Positions 55,516-64,000 of a stretch of DNA of 64,000 nucleotides are shown piece by piece; the stretch's first letter is position 1; each line of letters begins with the position of its first letter. The position numbers were made by a program, and so were the translations under genes. Where the stretch lies: IMG/VR virus record IMGVR_UViG_3300037483_000453, positions 120,902 through 184,901 of that record, one strand, 5' to 3'. Origin of the DNA: a virus. Below the pieces are notes generated by a model. It worked only from the letters and a program-made list of their open reading frames with translations. It ran no database searches and was not told where the DNA came from.

Positions 55516-56721
55516 GATGTACCTATCTTGGTAAGGAACTCCTGGCGTTCACGTTGGTTGAGGAGAGCTTTTCGCAGTATGCGGTCTTCATCCCCGCTCT
55601 CAAATGGGTTACCCTTGACCAGGAGACCACGGATGAGCTCCATCTCTGGGCCACTAAATGACCTGGCGGTGAGGCGGTAGTCGTAGAACGCGCGCCAGGT
55701 CATTGGCATCCAGCATGCAAGGATCTGATTGCCGATGATGTCTGCATACGAACGGATCTCGAGCTGGGCGTGAGCATCCATACGTAGACTCAAAAAGTGC
55801 ATGAGGTTGTGGAGGTCGATTTTCCAGTATGCCTCGGTGTATGTTGATAGAGGTAGGTCCTTGCGTGCCTGCTCTTTGGCGACTCCCACCCGAAGCCGCC
55901 TCTCATACTCGGCCTGTAGCATTTGGTGAAGCTGGTCTTCTGCGCTGCTTAGGTCATACCCCTGGCCCTCCGCACTAAGCAGCCCGCCTGAACCTTGCTT
56001 GTTGGACTGAGATTGGGAACGCCACTGACTGTCCAACGTCTGCTGCTTATCCTCAATGGCTTCAGAGTAGCGTGTGGAATATTCGTTAACACTTGCCGTT
56101 CTGTGCAGTTGTTATCCATCGGCTCTTTATCCGATGTTCTTCAAGTTTCCTTGAAGAACAGACTATATCATCGCAGCAGTAGCTGCGCTCCGCGCTCGTG
56201 GGCCTTTACTTTCCATTACCCGAAGGCATTGGGAATCCATGACCTAGTCGTTGAACCTTCTCCTCATTCCTGAGGAGCTCGGCTGCTGATTATCCAATCC
56301 ACATGATTTTCAAACCCTCACGATTGCCGTTGCCAGCTGCGTTGTGGTTCATGTAGCTCTAAGGATGTTCCAGCAGTTCACGGAGTTTTAGATCCGCCAC
56401 TTAGGTCAAACGGATCCACTGACGCCAATGATCCATAGGTATCCGGACATGCAACTTGATTTCGCACATCTCAAAAGGTGTTGAATGCCTCATGCGCATC
56501 AGGTAGCGTATGAGGGTCTCATCATCACTGGGCGTCTTGGTACCTTTTCCATAGCTTACCCGGGCAGCCTGTACGACAGCCGCGTCTGTGCCCATATAGT
56601 CGATGACACGGATGTGGCCCTTATCCAAGACTCTAAATGTCTTGCCAAGGATGCTGTCCATTTGCTGTGACCGCTGGGGTAGCACTACCGGACCCATTGG
56701 CTCTTGTAGCTCACGTTGCAT
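55512..56721 (-). CDS. thyX: Flavin-dependent thymidylate synthase, join(56410..56721,55512..56105)
   Basis: Splicing gives RQWIR|[13 protein letters not shown] (ThyX RHRxxSxxxxSxR); also [31 protein letters not shown]. Confidence 0.95.
56106..56409 (-). mobile_element. Group I intron (IA-like), 304 nt, no ORF
   Basis: 5' exon ends in U with P1 GAUCCGU/GCGGAUC; P AACUGCUGGAA, Q AAUCAGCAGCC, R UCAACGACUA, S GAUGAUAUAGUC; P9 GAAA hairpin; terminal G. Confidence 0.93.
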
Positions 56722-57055
56722 CTTCCTGCTCCTCTGCGTAGTGGCGGTCCAGCAAGCTCAGCGCATTCTGGAGTATGATACGAAGATCCTTTTTGCCCCA
56801 GAACGTCACAGCCGAGCTATCGTCGTCTCCTGGCCGGTGCATGAATGGGCCTTTCACATTGCGTGTTTCTTCAGTGGGTGCCTCAGCGTATGCCTTATCA
56901 ATGGCTGACGGTGGGCCTGCGAGCCAGACATCCTGGGGTAAGCTTGTCGGGAGTTCCAGGTAGAAGCGCACGCCTGTGAAAGCGTGCCCATCAATAGTCT
57001 TACTGATCACTTCGATCCTGTTGGTCATCTCTTCAGCATAAACATTCACGCGCAT
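56711..57055 (-). CDS. Hypothetical phage protein
   Basis: GGAG RBS; [10 protein letters not shown]. Confidence 0.6.
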   Translation of the reverse strand: MRVNVYAEEMTNRIEVISKTIDGHAFTGVRFYLELPTSLPQDVWLAGPPSAIDKAYAEAPTEETRNVKGPFMHRPGDDDSSAVTFWGKKDLRIILQNALSLLDRHYAEEQEDAT

Positions 57056-57115
57056 CTGTTGTTCTCCAAACGGTCCTCAGTGCCCATAGTTGTACCCTTG
57101 CGCCGATGTAGCCGC

Positions 57116-57601
57116 TCAAAACCGCACCGCGTACAGTTCGTTGAGGTCAAACTTGTCACCAAGGATCTTGACGAGCTTAGTGGGCTTGCCATCTCGTGCG
57201 ACAACCCTGCCTCCCAAGACCCATGCACGTGGAGTGATTGGAAAGTCCTTGTGTACGAAGAAGTAGCCACCTTCACAAAGGGTGTAGTGACCCTTAGTGT
57301 CTGTGACCTCGAGCAGGTCCCATAGGGCCATTCGTTCCAGGCCGGTGGCGCTTAGGCCCCCGATACCAGCGGCGGTAGCGACAGCGTCTGCATCAACGGT
57401 TTGGCCTAGTTGGTAGTTGTTATACATGATCACAAGCATCGCGGCTTGCGCGGGTGTGGGCTTACACCCCCTGGCTTTCTGTTTCTCACTACAGCAGGGG
57501 CATAGGGCTCCTCCACTTGTTTTAGCCTGCTCATTGAGCCAACTGCGGGCCTCATCGAGAGTTGTACCTGCATGCGCCAGGTAGGTTGATGGTTCAGTCA
57601 T
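57116..57601 (-). CDS. Zn/winged-helix-like hypothetical protein
   Basis: GGAG RBS; LCPCC. Confidence 0.55.
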   Translation of the reverse strand: MTEPSTYLAHAGTTLDEARSWLNEQAKTSGGALCPCCSEKQKARGCKPTPAQAAMLVIMYNNYQLGQTVDADAVATAAGIGGLSATGLERMALWDLLEVTDTKGHYTLCEGGYFFVHKDFPITPRAWVLGGRVVARDGKPTKLVKILGDKFDLNELYAVRF

Positions 57602-57682
57602 ATGTTCTCCAGAATAGAAAAGGCCCCCGGAGGAGGCCTTACATGAAACCCTTTTGCAAGAGCTTACCTTATTGTTTAGCGT

Positions 57683-58183
57683 TCATAACCACACCCGCCT
57701 TTGCCATCCCCGCCACTCTCGCATGTTGATACGTAGTTTCCGCAGACGGCCTGTCTTGTTCAAGAAACCACCATCTATTGCCTCTTGAACATACTCATTC
57801 CATAGGGGGCGTTGCAGGAAGCTGTCGTCGCTACCAATGTCCTCGCGCCCAGTTATACCGTAGTCGGCAAAGTCCCGTCTGCACCTTTCATACTGGCCTG
57901 GCACCAGGCGTTTCATCAACTCCCATTGCACCGGCATCAGCGCGCCTTCATCGCCAAGTGAGCTTGGTCCAACGAGAGCGTGGCAAAGCTCATGCAGCAT
58001 GCCGTCCGGGCTACGGCAAGGATCTATGTGACCTGCGTACTGGATTGCCAGCTCACCAGATTCTTCGTGCCCCACCAGTTGGACCCATCCCTGGTCTTGT
58101 CCTATGTCTACATACCCTGTGTGGCGGTAAGTATGCAAGGGTAGGTACTGCCTTGCCATCTGCAGTACTGTGAGCTGCTTCAT
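57683..58183 (-). CDS. HExxH putative metallopeptidase-like protein (paralog of 34791..35369)
   Basis: MLHELCHALVG. Confidence 0.65.
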   Translation of the reverse strand: MKQLTVLQMARQYLPLHTYRHTGYVDIGQDQGWVQLVGHEESGELAIQYAGHIDPCRSPDGMLHELCHALVGPSSLGDEGALMPVQWELMKRLVPGQYERCRRDFADYGITGREDIGSDDSFLQRPLWNEYVQEAIDGGFLNKTGRLRKLRINMREWRGWQRRVWL

Positions 58184-58207
58184 TTCAAGCTCCTTATACG
58201 GGGGGTA

Positions 58208-59146
58208 TCAAGGGCGCCGCTTGTAGCGTGCATGGGTCCTTCTGCGTATGTCTCGCTGTATGATTCTTGCAGAGATGGTTTTACTGTCCTGCAGTAGTTC
58301 GGGTGGCACCTGTTTGCACTGGTTCTCTGGGTCGTCTTTGTCACCGAAGAAGTAGTTTCGGGTATCACCAGACTCGAGCCAGCACATGTTGGGGCGCTTC
58401 TGTAGGAACGCCCAGATATCCATCTTGCCTCCCCACGCTTTAGGGTTGCCCTGCACAGGAGTAGGTGGATCGTTCAGTTGTACGAGTTCCTTGGCGTACT
58501 CCCTGACGACGAGCCAGTTTTTGACGCCGTTGAACCAGACGCCATTACACCCTGCAGGGTGACCCTGCCTGTTACCCTTATCGTCTTCATCCCAGCGTGT
58601 GCACTCTATCCAAAGCTCTGGTAGGTCACTTCCTTTGGCGGGTAGAGTGCTCGTCCAGCGCTGCCTCGGTCTTGTGTACTTTCTGATCTTGGCTACGTGG
58701 GGGCTGTGTCGCCCCAGTGCGTCATAGAGTTGTTCACCAGAGCGCTGGTTAGTACGGGTGACCTGCAGGATACCTTGCATGTCCAGCTCCCAGCTTGGGT
58801 GGAGGGGCATGATTGACGTTCCTTCGCTTACAGTCATGCGACCCAGGAGTACCCCTGGCTCTTTCCTGGTGCGTCTGTAGCGTTGGTATTCCGACAGGTC
58901 TGTGTAGCCCTCTTCTTCTGGAAGGGGTAAGCCAGCTTGCAGCAGGGCTTCGATTTCGGGAACTTCAGCGAGCAGGCGTTCTTCCTCTTTTTTGTCCTCG
59001 TCGCTTCGGATGTACACTGCTTCTTCTGCGCTGTGCCCACCATAGCCAGAGTCCAAGTCTTCCGTGGTGTCTTTGGTATCCTCGACTGGCAGAGCACATG
59101 TGGTGAACGAGCAGACTAGAAGTGTAACAATGAGTAACCTAGACAT
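58208..59146 (-). CDS. Exported/lipoprotein-like hypothetical protein
   Basis: N-terminal hydrophobic signal with Cys, then an acidic linker. Confidence 0.55.
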   Translation of the reverse strand: MSRLLIVTLLVCSFTTCALPVEDTKDTTEDLDSGYGGHSAEEAVYIRSDEDKKEEERLLAEVPEIEALLQAGLPLPEEEGYTDLSEYQRYRRTRKEPGVLLGRMTVSEGTSIMPLHPSWELDMQGILQVTRTNQRSGEQLYDALGRHSPHVAKIRKYTRPRQRWTSTLPAKGSDLPELWIECTRWDEDDKGNRQGHPAGCNGVWFNGVKNWLVVREYAKELVQLNDPPTPVQGNPKAWGGKMDIWAFLQKRPNMCWLESGDTRNYFFGDKDDPENQCKQVPPELLQDSKTISARIIQRDIRRRTHARYKRRP

Positions 59147-59534
59147 CTAAGCTGTCCTCCCGGTTGGATCGGCACAGACTGGACATCGCACAGCGGATGA
59201 GATTTGCCATCCCATCTTGCGAGCTTCCTGCAGGGCCTTTTGGTGATCTTGTGATACCACATTTAGCCGCCTACCTGAAGTGATGGTGTCTAACCCAGAG
59301 CCACCGGTACCGGCGTGCCTTTCAAAGCAGCCGGGCTCATCACACATGAGTTCAAGAGCGTAATGTCCTTTTGCCCCCATCAATCCTCCTGTGTTTGCAC
59401 ACTCTGTACCTCACCTTGCTCATCACCAGCGGGTGTTGAGGTTTTCTCTAGTACCAGCCTAGGTTTTGAGGCCACCTCTCGCAGGCGGTTTAGGTGTATT
59501 AACCATCGATACTGCCTGTGCATGCTGTCGTTCG

Positions 59535-59828
59535 CTATTCGCGCCATTCGATCTTTTTCCTGTGCACAGAGGCTATCCCATGCGTATTGCACTTCTTGCA
59601 CGTCACTGTAAACGTACTGTTGAGGATGTGGGTAGGGTCTGGGTTAGAGCCTGGGCTAGCCTCATGCTTGCAGATGGCGACCCTCAGGATTGACTCGATT
59701 GACCCGATGAGGTCCCATGCTTCGCCGGTGTCTGTGTAGTTCTCTTCTGCAGTTCGGATGCGAAAAGCAGCAATACTCTTGAGTACCGCCTTGATGTGGT
59801 GCTTGGTTTCGTCGGGTAAAGCAGTCAT
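59535..59828 (-). CDS. Hypothetical protein with CxxC
   Basis: TAATG start; GATAAGA motif at 59873. Confidence 0.5.
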   Translation of the reverse strand: MTALPDETKHHIKAVLKSIAAFRIRTAEENYTDTGEAWDLIGSIESILRVAICKHEASPGSNPDPTHILNSTFTVTCKKCNTHGIASVHRKKIEWRE

Positions 59829-59932
59829 TAGTCCATATCCTTCATCTTTGAGGCCATAGTTTTCTCCATGCTTCTTATCCCTGATGATAAGAAGAAGGGG
59901 CAGGTTATTCCCTTCTCCCATAGCCAGTTGGC

Positions 59933-60451
59933 TTATGACCCTTCCTCCTCCGTTGGCGGGGCAAGGCGCTTGAGAATGGCGGGGGCATTGAGACGTTTGC
60001 CAGCTTCCACTAGTGAGTCAAAGCGCTCTTTGTTGTGTTCTGCTTTGATCCCAGTACGGTCAATCATGGATTCTGTACGGTTGAATCCTGCTATTGAACT
60101 TTGCACGCGCTTGCGCTTGCGTTCAAATACGTTTTCGAGCTTGTCATCTTCATCTACCGTAGCGCGGTAGCCCATGCCGGGATGATAGACGATTCCACGA
60201 TTGTGTTTGTCTTCTAGCCGATGGCGCACAACAGCCATTTTGTTCTGTCGGAAGTTGGTGACGTCCTTGCTCTCTTCCTTAGGCAAGGACCTCTCACTCA
60301 ATGCAACACGAACGATGTGCGTGATGGGCACAGGTCGTCTGGGAAAGTTCTTGGCAGCCCACAACAGGAAGCCAACTGCTCGTCCCACACCATCGAGTTC
60401 TGCAGGGGCCCTGTAGTCCCACAAGCCGTCCTTCTTACTAGTCTTTGTCAT
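59933..60451 (-). CDS. Hypothetical basic protein, possibly DNA-binding
   Basis: GGAG upstream of MTKTSKK. Confidence 0.55.
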   Translation of the reverse strand: MTKTSKKDGLWDYRAPAELDGVGRAVGFLLWAAKNFPRRPVPITHIVRVALSERSLPKEESKDVTNFRQNKMAVVRHRLEDKHNRGIVYHPGMGYRATVDEDDKLENVFERKRKRVQSSIAGFNRTESMIDRTGIKAEHNKERFDSLVEAGKRLNAPAILKRLAPPTEEEGS

Positions 60452-61352
60452 TGGTTGCTCTCCGGTTGCTCTTCCTCGAGTACGACTCGAGAATGATGTA
60501 AGCTTCTTGTACCCGCTCAAACTCTGCTCTGACGCCAGGGCTGTCCTGGTTCCGGTCTGGGTGCAGCTCCAACGAGCGCTTGTTCTTGCGGGTCTTCACA
60601 GCCTTCATATCGACTGGGTCACCAAATGAGTAGGTGAATCCGAGCACTTCACAGGCCCATACAAAGTTTGTCTCCCCGATCTCTTGTATGCCGTCATCTT
60701 TGGTATCCAGCTTTGTCTTGTAGATGCCTTTTCTAAGTTCTGCCACGGCCAAGTCTAGGGAGTCCTTGAAGTCTGCAATGAGCCTATCCTTGTAGTACTT
60801 GTCGATGTAGGTGCTAGCAAAGGCAACTTCTACGTAGGCTGCGGCCAGCGCATGCGCTTTATGAAGAAATGCCTTTGAGTTGGTCCCAGCGCTGCCATCA
60901 AATGTGATGTCAGACTCTGTACTGATAGGTGCAGGTTGTTTGCACTTGGTGGGTGTTTCAATAATCCTGGCCAAGGCAGTGCTCTGGTCTATCCCAGACC
61001 CTTTCGCCATCTTCTTGGCTTCCCTGACAACCAAGGCAGCGGCCGACAGTTTTATGAAGCCGTGGTCCACACGGTCAAACAGTGGGTGTGCCCATGAGCC
61101 TGCGTTGTAGATGGCGTTACGCAACATGTAGTCAGATATGTTGCCTCCATACTTCGGTGAGAATCTCCTGTGGAACCAGTTGCGTCGCATCTCAACAGGT
61201 GACGTGTCGAGCCCATCTTTCTGGTCTAGCTTGAGTTGGTTCCAGATCTGGTGTTCAAGCACCGCTAGCCTAAGCTGCCCCGCATTACCAGCCTCACGGA
61301 GAGCTGCGTATTCTACAGCCAACGCGACTAATGTGTCTCGCCCGTTGCTCAT
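60438..61352 (-). CDS. Protein with C-terminal DnaJ (J) domain
   Basis: ACEVLG...LELHPDRN...AEFERVQEAYIIL. Confidence 0.8.
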   Translation of the reverse strand: MSNGRDTLVALAVEYAALREAGNAGQLRLAVLEHQIWNQLKLDQKDGLDTSPVEMRRNWFHRRFSPKYGGNISDYMLRNAIYNAGSWAHPLFDRVDHGFIKLSAAALVVREAKKMAKGSGIDQSTALARIIETPTKCKQPAPISTESDITFDGSAGTNSKAFLHKAHALAAAYVEVAFASTYIDKYYKDRLIADFKDSLDLAVAELRKGIYKTKLDTKDDGIQEIGETNFVWACEVLGFTYSFGDPVDMKAVKTRKNKRSLELHPDRNQDSPGVRAEFERVQEAYIILESYSRKSNRRATNDKD

Positions 61353-62305
61353 TACTCTTCCTCGCTTGTCTGTAGAAACAGATCGACAGCAGCTTTCAAA
61401 TCGTCAGCGGCTGCTATGGCCCTTTCTGCAAGGGCCCCCTTACCTCTTTGGCTATCAAATCTCTTGATAGCAGCACGCATGAACGTAGCTAGCGTAGTGC
61501 CACTGGCAAATCCAAAGCTTGCGTTCACAGCACTAGTGATTGCAGTGGCAATGTGGTCTGCACCGCATAGCTCCAGTTTGGTCTGCACTACGTTTATGGT
61601 TGCCAAAAGACTGTCAGTGCCAGACTCTACCCGTTTGAGAATCTGGTACGACTGACTTACCGCTTGTTCTAGCGGGAGCAGGCGCTTGTCTAACTCCTTC
61701 ATGCGGTTGCGCAGGTGTAACAAGACCTCACTGTCCTGTTGCAGCCTCGTCTTTATGACGCCCTTGTCGACCCCCATCTCTTTGGTCATGCGGTCGAGAG
61801 CAGAAATCAAGTTAACCACCTCAGACGATGTGATACGGTACGTCTTACTTGGCACATCTCTCTCAGAGGGCGCCTCTACCTCCTCGCCTGGCTCTTCGTC
61901 CTGCCCGTGGTCGCGAAGCTCTACAGGCAGGCCAGCCTCATTAGGGAAAATGAACTGGGCAAGGCGAAGGCCGTAGTTTGGCTCTTTATGATCTTCAATA
62001 AGTTCTAGGAGCTTATCTACATCAGATGGGTAGTAAGTCTCTTGGCTCTCGGCATGCTTCACGGAGAGTATTTTCGCGCTCACTAGCCGCTTTACATATG
62101 GCTTTTGCCAACCCCGAGAGTGAATGGCTTTAGTGAGGTATGGGTCGCCCTCCTCTCCTACGGGCACTGCGAACAGGTGGTTTCGTGTAACTGAGTGGCT
62201 GCTGTTCCTCGAGTATTCGTGGAGCAGCATGATCAGCCCGCCCAGTGCTACCGTTTGCCGAGCACGTTTATCAACGTCCTTCATATTTATATGTACCTCC
62301 TTCAA
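61352..62305 (-). CDS. Hypothetical coiled-coil protein
   Basis: TAATG overlap downstream. Confidence 0.55.
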   Translation of the reverse strand: MKEVHINMKDVDKRARQTVALGGLIMLLHEYSRNSSHSVTRNHLFAVPVGEEGDPYLTKAIHSRGWQKPYVKRLVSAKILSVKHAESQETYYPSDVDKLLELIEDHKEPNYGLRLAQFIFPNEAGLPVELRDHGQDEEPGEEVEAPSERDVPSKTYRITSSEVVNLISALDRMTKEMGVDKGVIKTRLQQDSEVLLHLRNRMKELDKRLLPLEQAVSQSYQILKRVESGTDSLLATINVVQTKLELCGADHIATAITSAVNASFGFASGTTLATFMRAAIKRFDSQRGKGALAERAIAAADDLKAAVDLFLQTSEEE

Positions 62306-62457
62306 CAGCCTTATCGCTGTAACTACCGTTTTTGTGCTCGCCTACGTGCGCCCCTAGTGCATCGTGTACTCTAGGGGACCCAGTAGGGCCGTCCCTGGGT
62401 AAACACAGAAGTCGACAGTGATAATAGAACTGGCGGCAGAACTAGCCGGAAGGATGA

Positions 62458-62856
62458 GTGATGGACCAGAGCGAGCGAATCATTGCAGAGCAGCGTGAGC
62501 AGTTGATGCAGCTGCGGGCAGAAAATAAGAGGCTGATGAGTGCCGAAGGCAGCAACCCCCGCTACACGAGGTCGGCCCTGGGGCTAGTCATAGGCACCTT
62601 CCTGCCAAAGCCCACTGGTACCACGATCGGTATGAAGGTCGACTCACAGACGCGTAGTCGGTTGGCTGTACAACAGGAAAGGCTTGGCGCCAAGAGCTAC
62701 CGGCAGACTGTGCAGGCATGTGTCGAGCTTGGCCTGCGGGTGATGGAGGAGGTGAAAAATGACAACGATAACGAACCGGATTCAGTGGCGTCAGTTTCGA
62801 ACGTACGGCGGTCCGATGATCAAAGGGACCGCACCATTCTTGCTAGACAAAACTAA
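62458..62856 (+). CDS. Coiled-coil plus RHH-like protein
   Basis: TTIGMKVDSQTRSRL...YRQTVQACVELGL. Confidence 0.45.
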   Translation: MMDQSERIIAEQREQLMQLRAENKRLMSAEGSNPRYTRSALGLVIGTFLPKPTGTTIGMKVDSQTRSRLAVQQERLGAKSYRQTVQACVELGLRVMEEVKNDNDNEPDSVASVSNVRRSDDQRDRTILARQN

Positions 62857-63790
62857 CAAGAGCCATGTTGCTAGGGCCTTCTGGCTTACGGCTAAGGTTG
62901 AGACCGGTGCCAGATATGGCACAGTTATGGCGTATGATGGTACAGGTATGACCGCGGGGCTTGACCAACACATTGCTGTGTTTCCCAAGGAGCTCGCCAA
63001 CGAAGACTACAACGCTAAGGATGACCAAGGCTCTCTCTGGGAGCTCCTACGTCGAATGGAAGTCGTTGATGGTACCGAAGGGTACAAGGAAGCTCTCAGG
63101 TACCTTTGGTCTATGTTTGAGAGCAAGGGATGGTATGTGTCACAGGACGGCCGACTTCGGTACCTGCACCACACGCCAGTCCGGCGGCGGCACTACACCC
63201 ATGATGCTAAGCCTGGTGAGCTAGTCTTTGGGTTTGAGATACGTGATGCACTAACACCGTCTGGTGGCAGGGTGCATGAAGGGGATAAACCTCTTGCAGA
63301 GTGGTGGGCCAGGGCATTTCATGAGCTCTTCAGTCACCCTGACGGGTTCATGGCTCAAAGACACTTCGGTGAAGAACACCTTGTGAATCGCTCCAAGCGT
63401 AAGCGGAGATGGGTGCAGGGGTGGCGTTCGTCGGTGGAAGATCTCATGTACCCAGGTGACATTACAGCTCTTCATGTCGGGTCTAATGGCTGGTCAGAAG
63501 AGGCGGACTTGGCCATGTGCATGTACCAATCCAACAGCGTTAATGCACCAGGTATGGCCAACCGGCTGCTGGGTGAGGTCGCTTCGCGGGTAGATCCGAA
63601 GACCCATCAGTTGCTATTTGCTATTCGGCTCATCCAGAAGCTCGGAAGTAACTCCTACGGCCGATGGGATGACGACTTGAAGACCGGTAGGTACCAGCGG
63701 ACGCGGTCAGCTGCTCGAGCGTCGGGCCTTTGGCCCCGGCGGCTATTCGATGGCGCACGGGCCATAATGCCTATAGGTCTGCCAGGGTAA
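62759..63790 (+). CDS. Possible lysozyme-like peptidoglycan hydrolase
   Basis: GGAGG RBS; KVETG..YGTVMAYDGTGMTAGLDQH resembles E..x..YD..G.S.G..Q of lysozyme-like folds. Confidence 0.4.
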   Translation: MTTITNRIQWRQFRTYGGPMIKGTAPFLLDKTNKSHVARAFWLTAKVETGARYGTVMAYDGTGMTAGLDQHIAVFPKELANEDYNAKDDQGSLWELLRRMEVVDGTEGYKEALRYLWSMFESKGWYVSQDGRLRYLHHTPVRRRHYTHDAKPGELVFGFEIRDALTPSGGRVHEGDKPLAEWWARAFHELFSHPDGFMAQRHFGEEHLVNRSKRKRRWVQGWRSSVEDLMYPGDITALHVGSNGWSEEADLAMCMYQSNSVNAPGMANRLLGEVASRVDPKTHQLLFAIRLIQKLGSNSYGRWDDDLKTGRYQRTRSAARASGLWPRRLFDGARAIMPIGLPG

Positions 63791-63898
63791 GTCTTATGTC
63801 AGACGCTGTTGCATCTTCTTCTCGGTCCTCCCTAGTATTAGGTCCATGGTAGGGTGTATCTAGTGCCATTAAGTGGCTGAGATTAGTGGGTATTCAAA

Positions 63899-63934
63899 GC
63901 CGTTACTTACCTCTCCTAGCAGGTAAGTAACGGC
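63899..63934. terminator. 14-bp perfect inverted repeat
   Basis: GCCGTTACTTACCT-ctcctagc-AGGTAAGTAACGGC. Confidence 0.5.
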
Positions 63935-64000
63935 ATAAACCAGACGTAAGCTCTATGAGGCTACCTTATGTTGATGATCAGCCTCGTTTTACTGGCTTTT

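Noticed and set aside
682-59892. TCTTATC as the 5' end of SAM-I riboswitches
   Set aside because: No other SAM-I elements follow; orientation and spacing to RBSs fit the opposite-strand GATAAGA reading.
1-64000. CRISPR array, DGR, retron, integrase or transposase
   Set aside because: No regularly spaced repeat-spacer units, reverse transcriptase, or recombinase/transposase motifs were seen.
1-64000. Stop-codon reassignment (alternative genetic code)
   Set aside because: Long genes are intact in the standard code, and TAA, TAG and TGA all terminate genes with coupled downstream starts.

Overview
This 64-kb window reads as a fragment of a large lytic tailed dsDNA bacteriophage genome. There are no ribosomal or core cellular operons, genes are densely packed with ATGA/TGATG overlaps, and most products are hypothetical. 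1.4-29.5 kb (+) is a virion module: a tape-measure-like gene, large beta-rich tail/baseplate-like genes, and Gly/Ala-rich proteins sharing an 'AFxDELxKxA'-like motif, one carrying an InPase domain. It is interleaved with a phage sigma-70-family factor, a DUF932-like gene, RNase HII, a collagen-like lipoprotein, a resolvase-like nuclease and a GIY-YIG nuclease. 29.5-62.3 kb is mostly (-)-strand accessory genes, including visibly GC-richer blocks. It holds DUF6527, a DNA methyltransferase, a metallophosphoesterase / odd tRNA-like gene / tmRNA cluster, an ATP-dependent DNA ligase, a truncated ComM/YifB-like ATPase, a SLOG protein, thyX split by a 304-nt group I intron, and a J-domain protein. A possible lysozyme-like gene lies at the right end. 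Recurrent non-coding signals read by eye: a putative promoter GNGATAAGA-N3-RTG (16 copies), hairpin+TTAGCCTC terminator-like elements, and conserved stop-to-RBS linkers in the 48-50 kb block. All family calls come from motif recognition by eye; no database searches were run. Start codons were moved from the ORF track where an RBS or overlap supported it.
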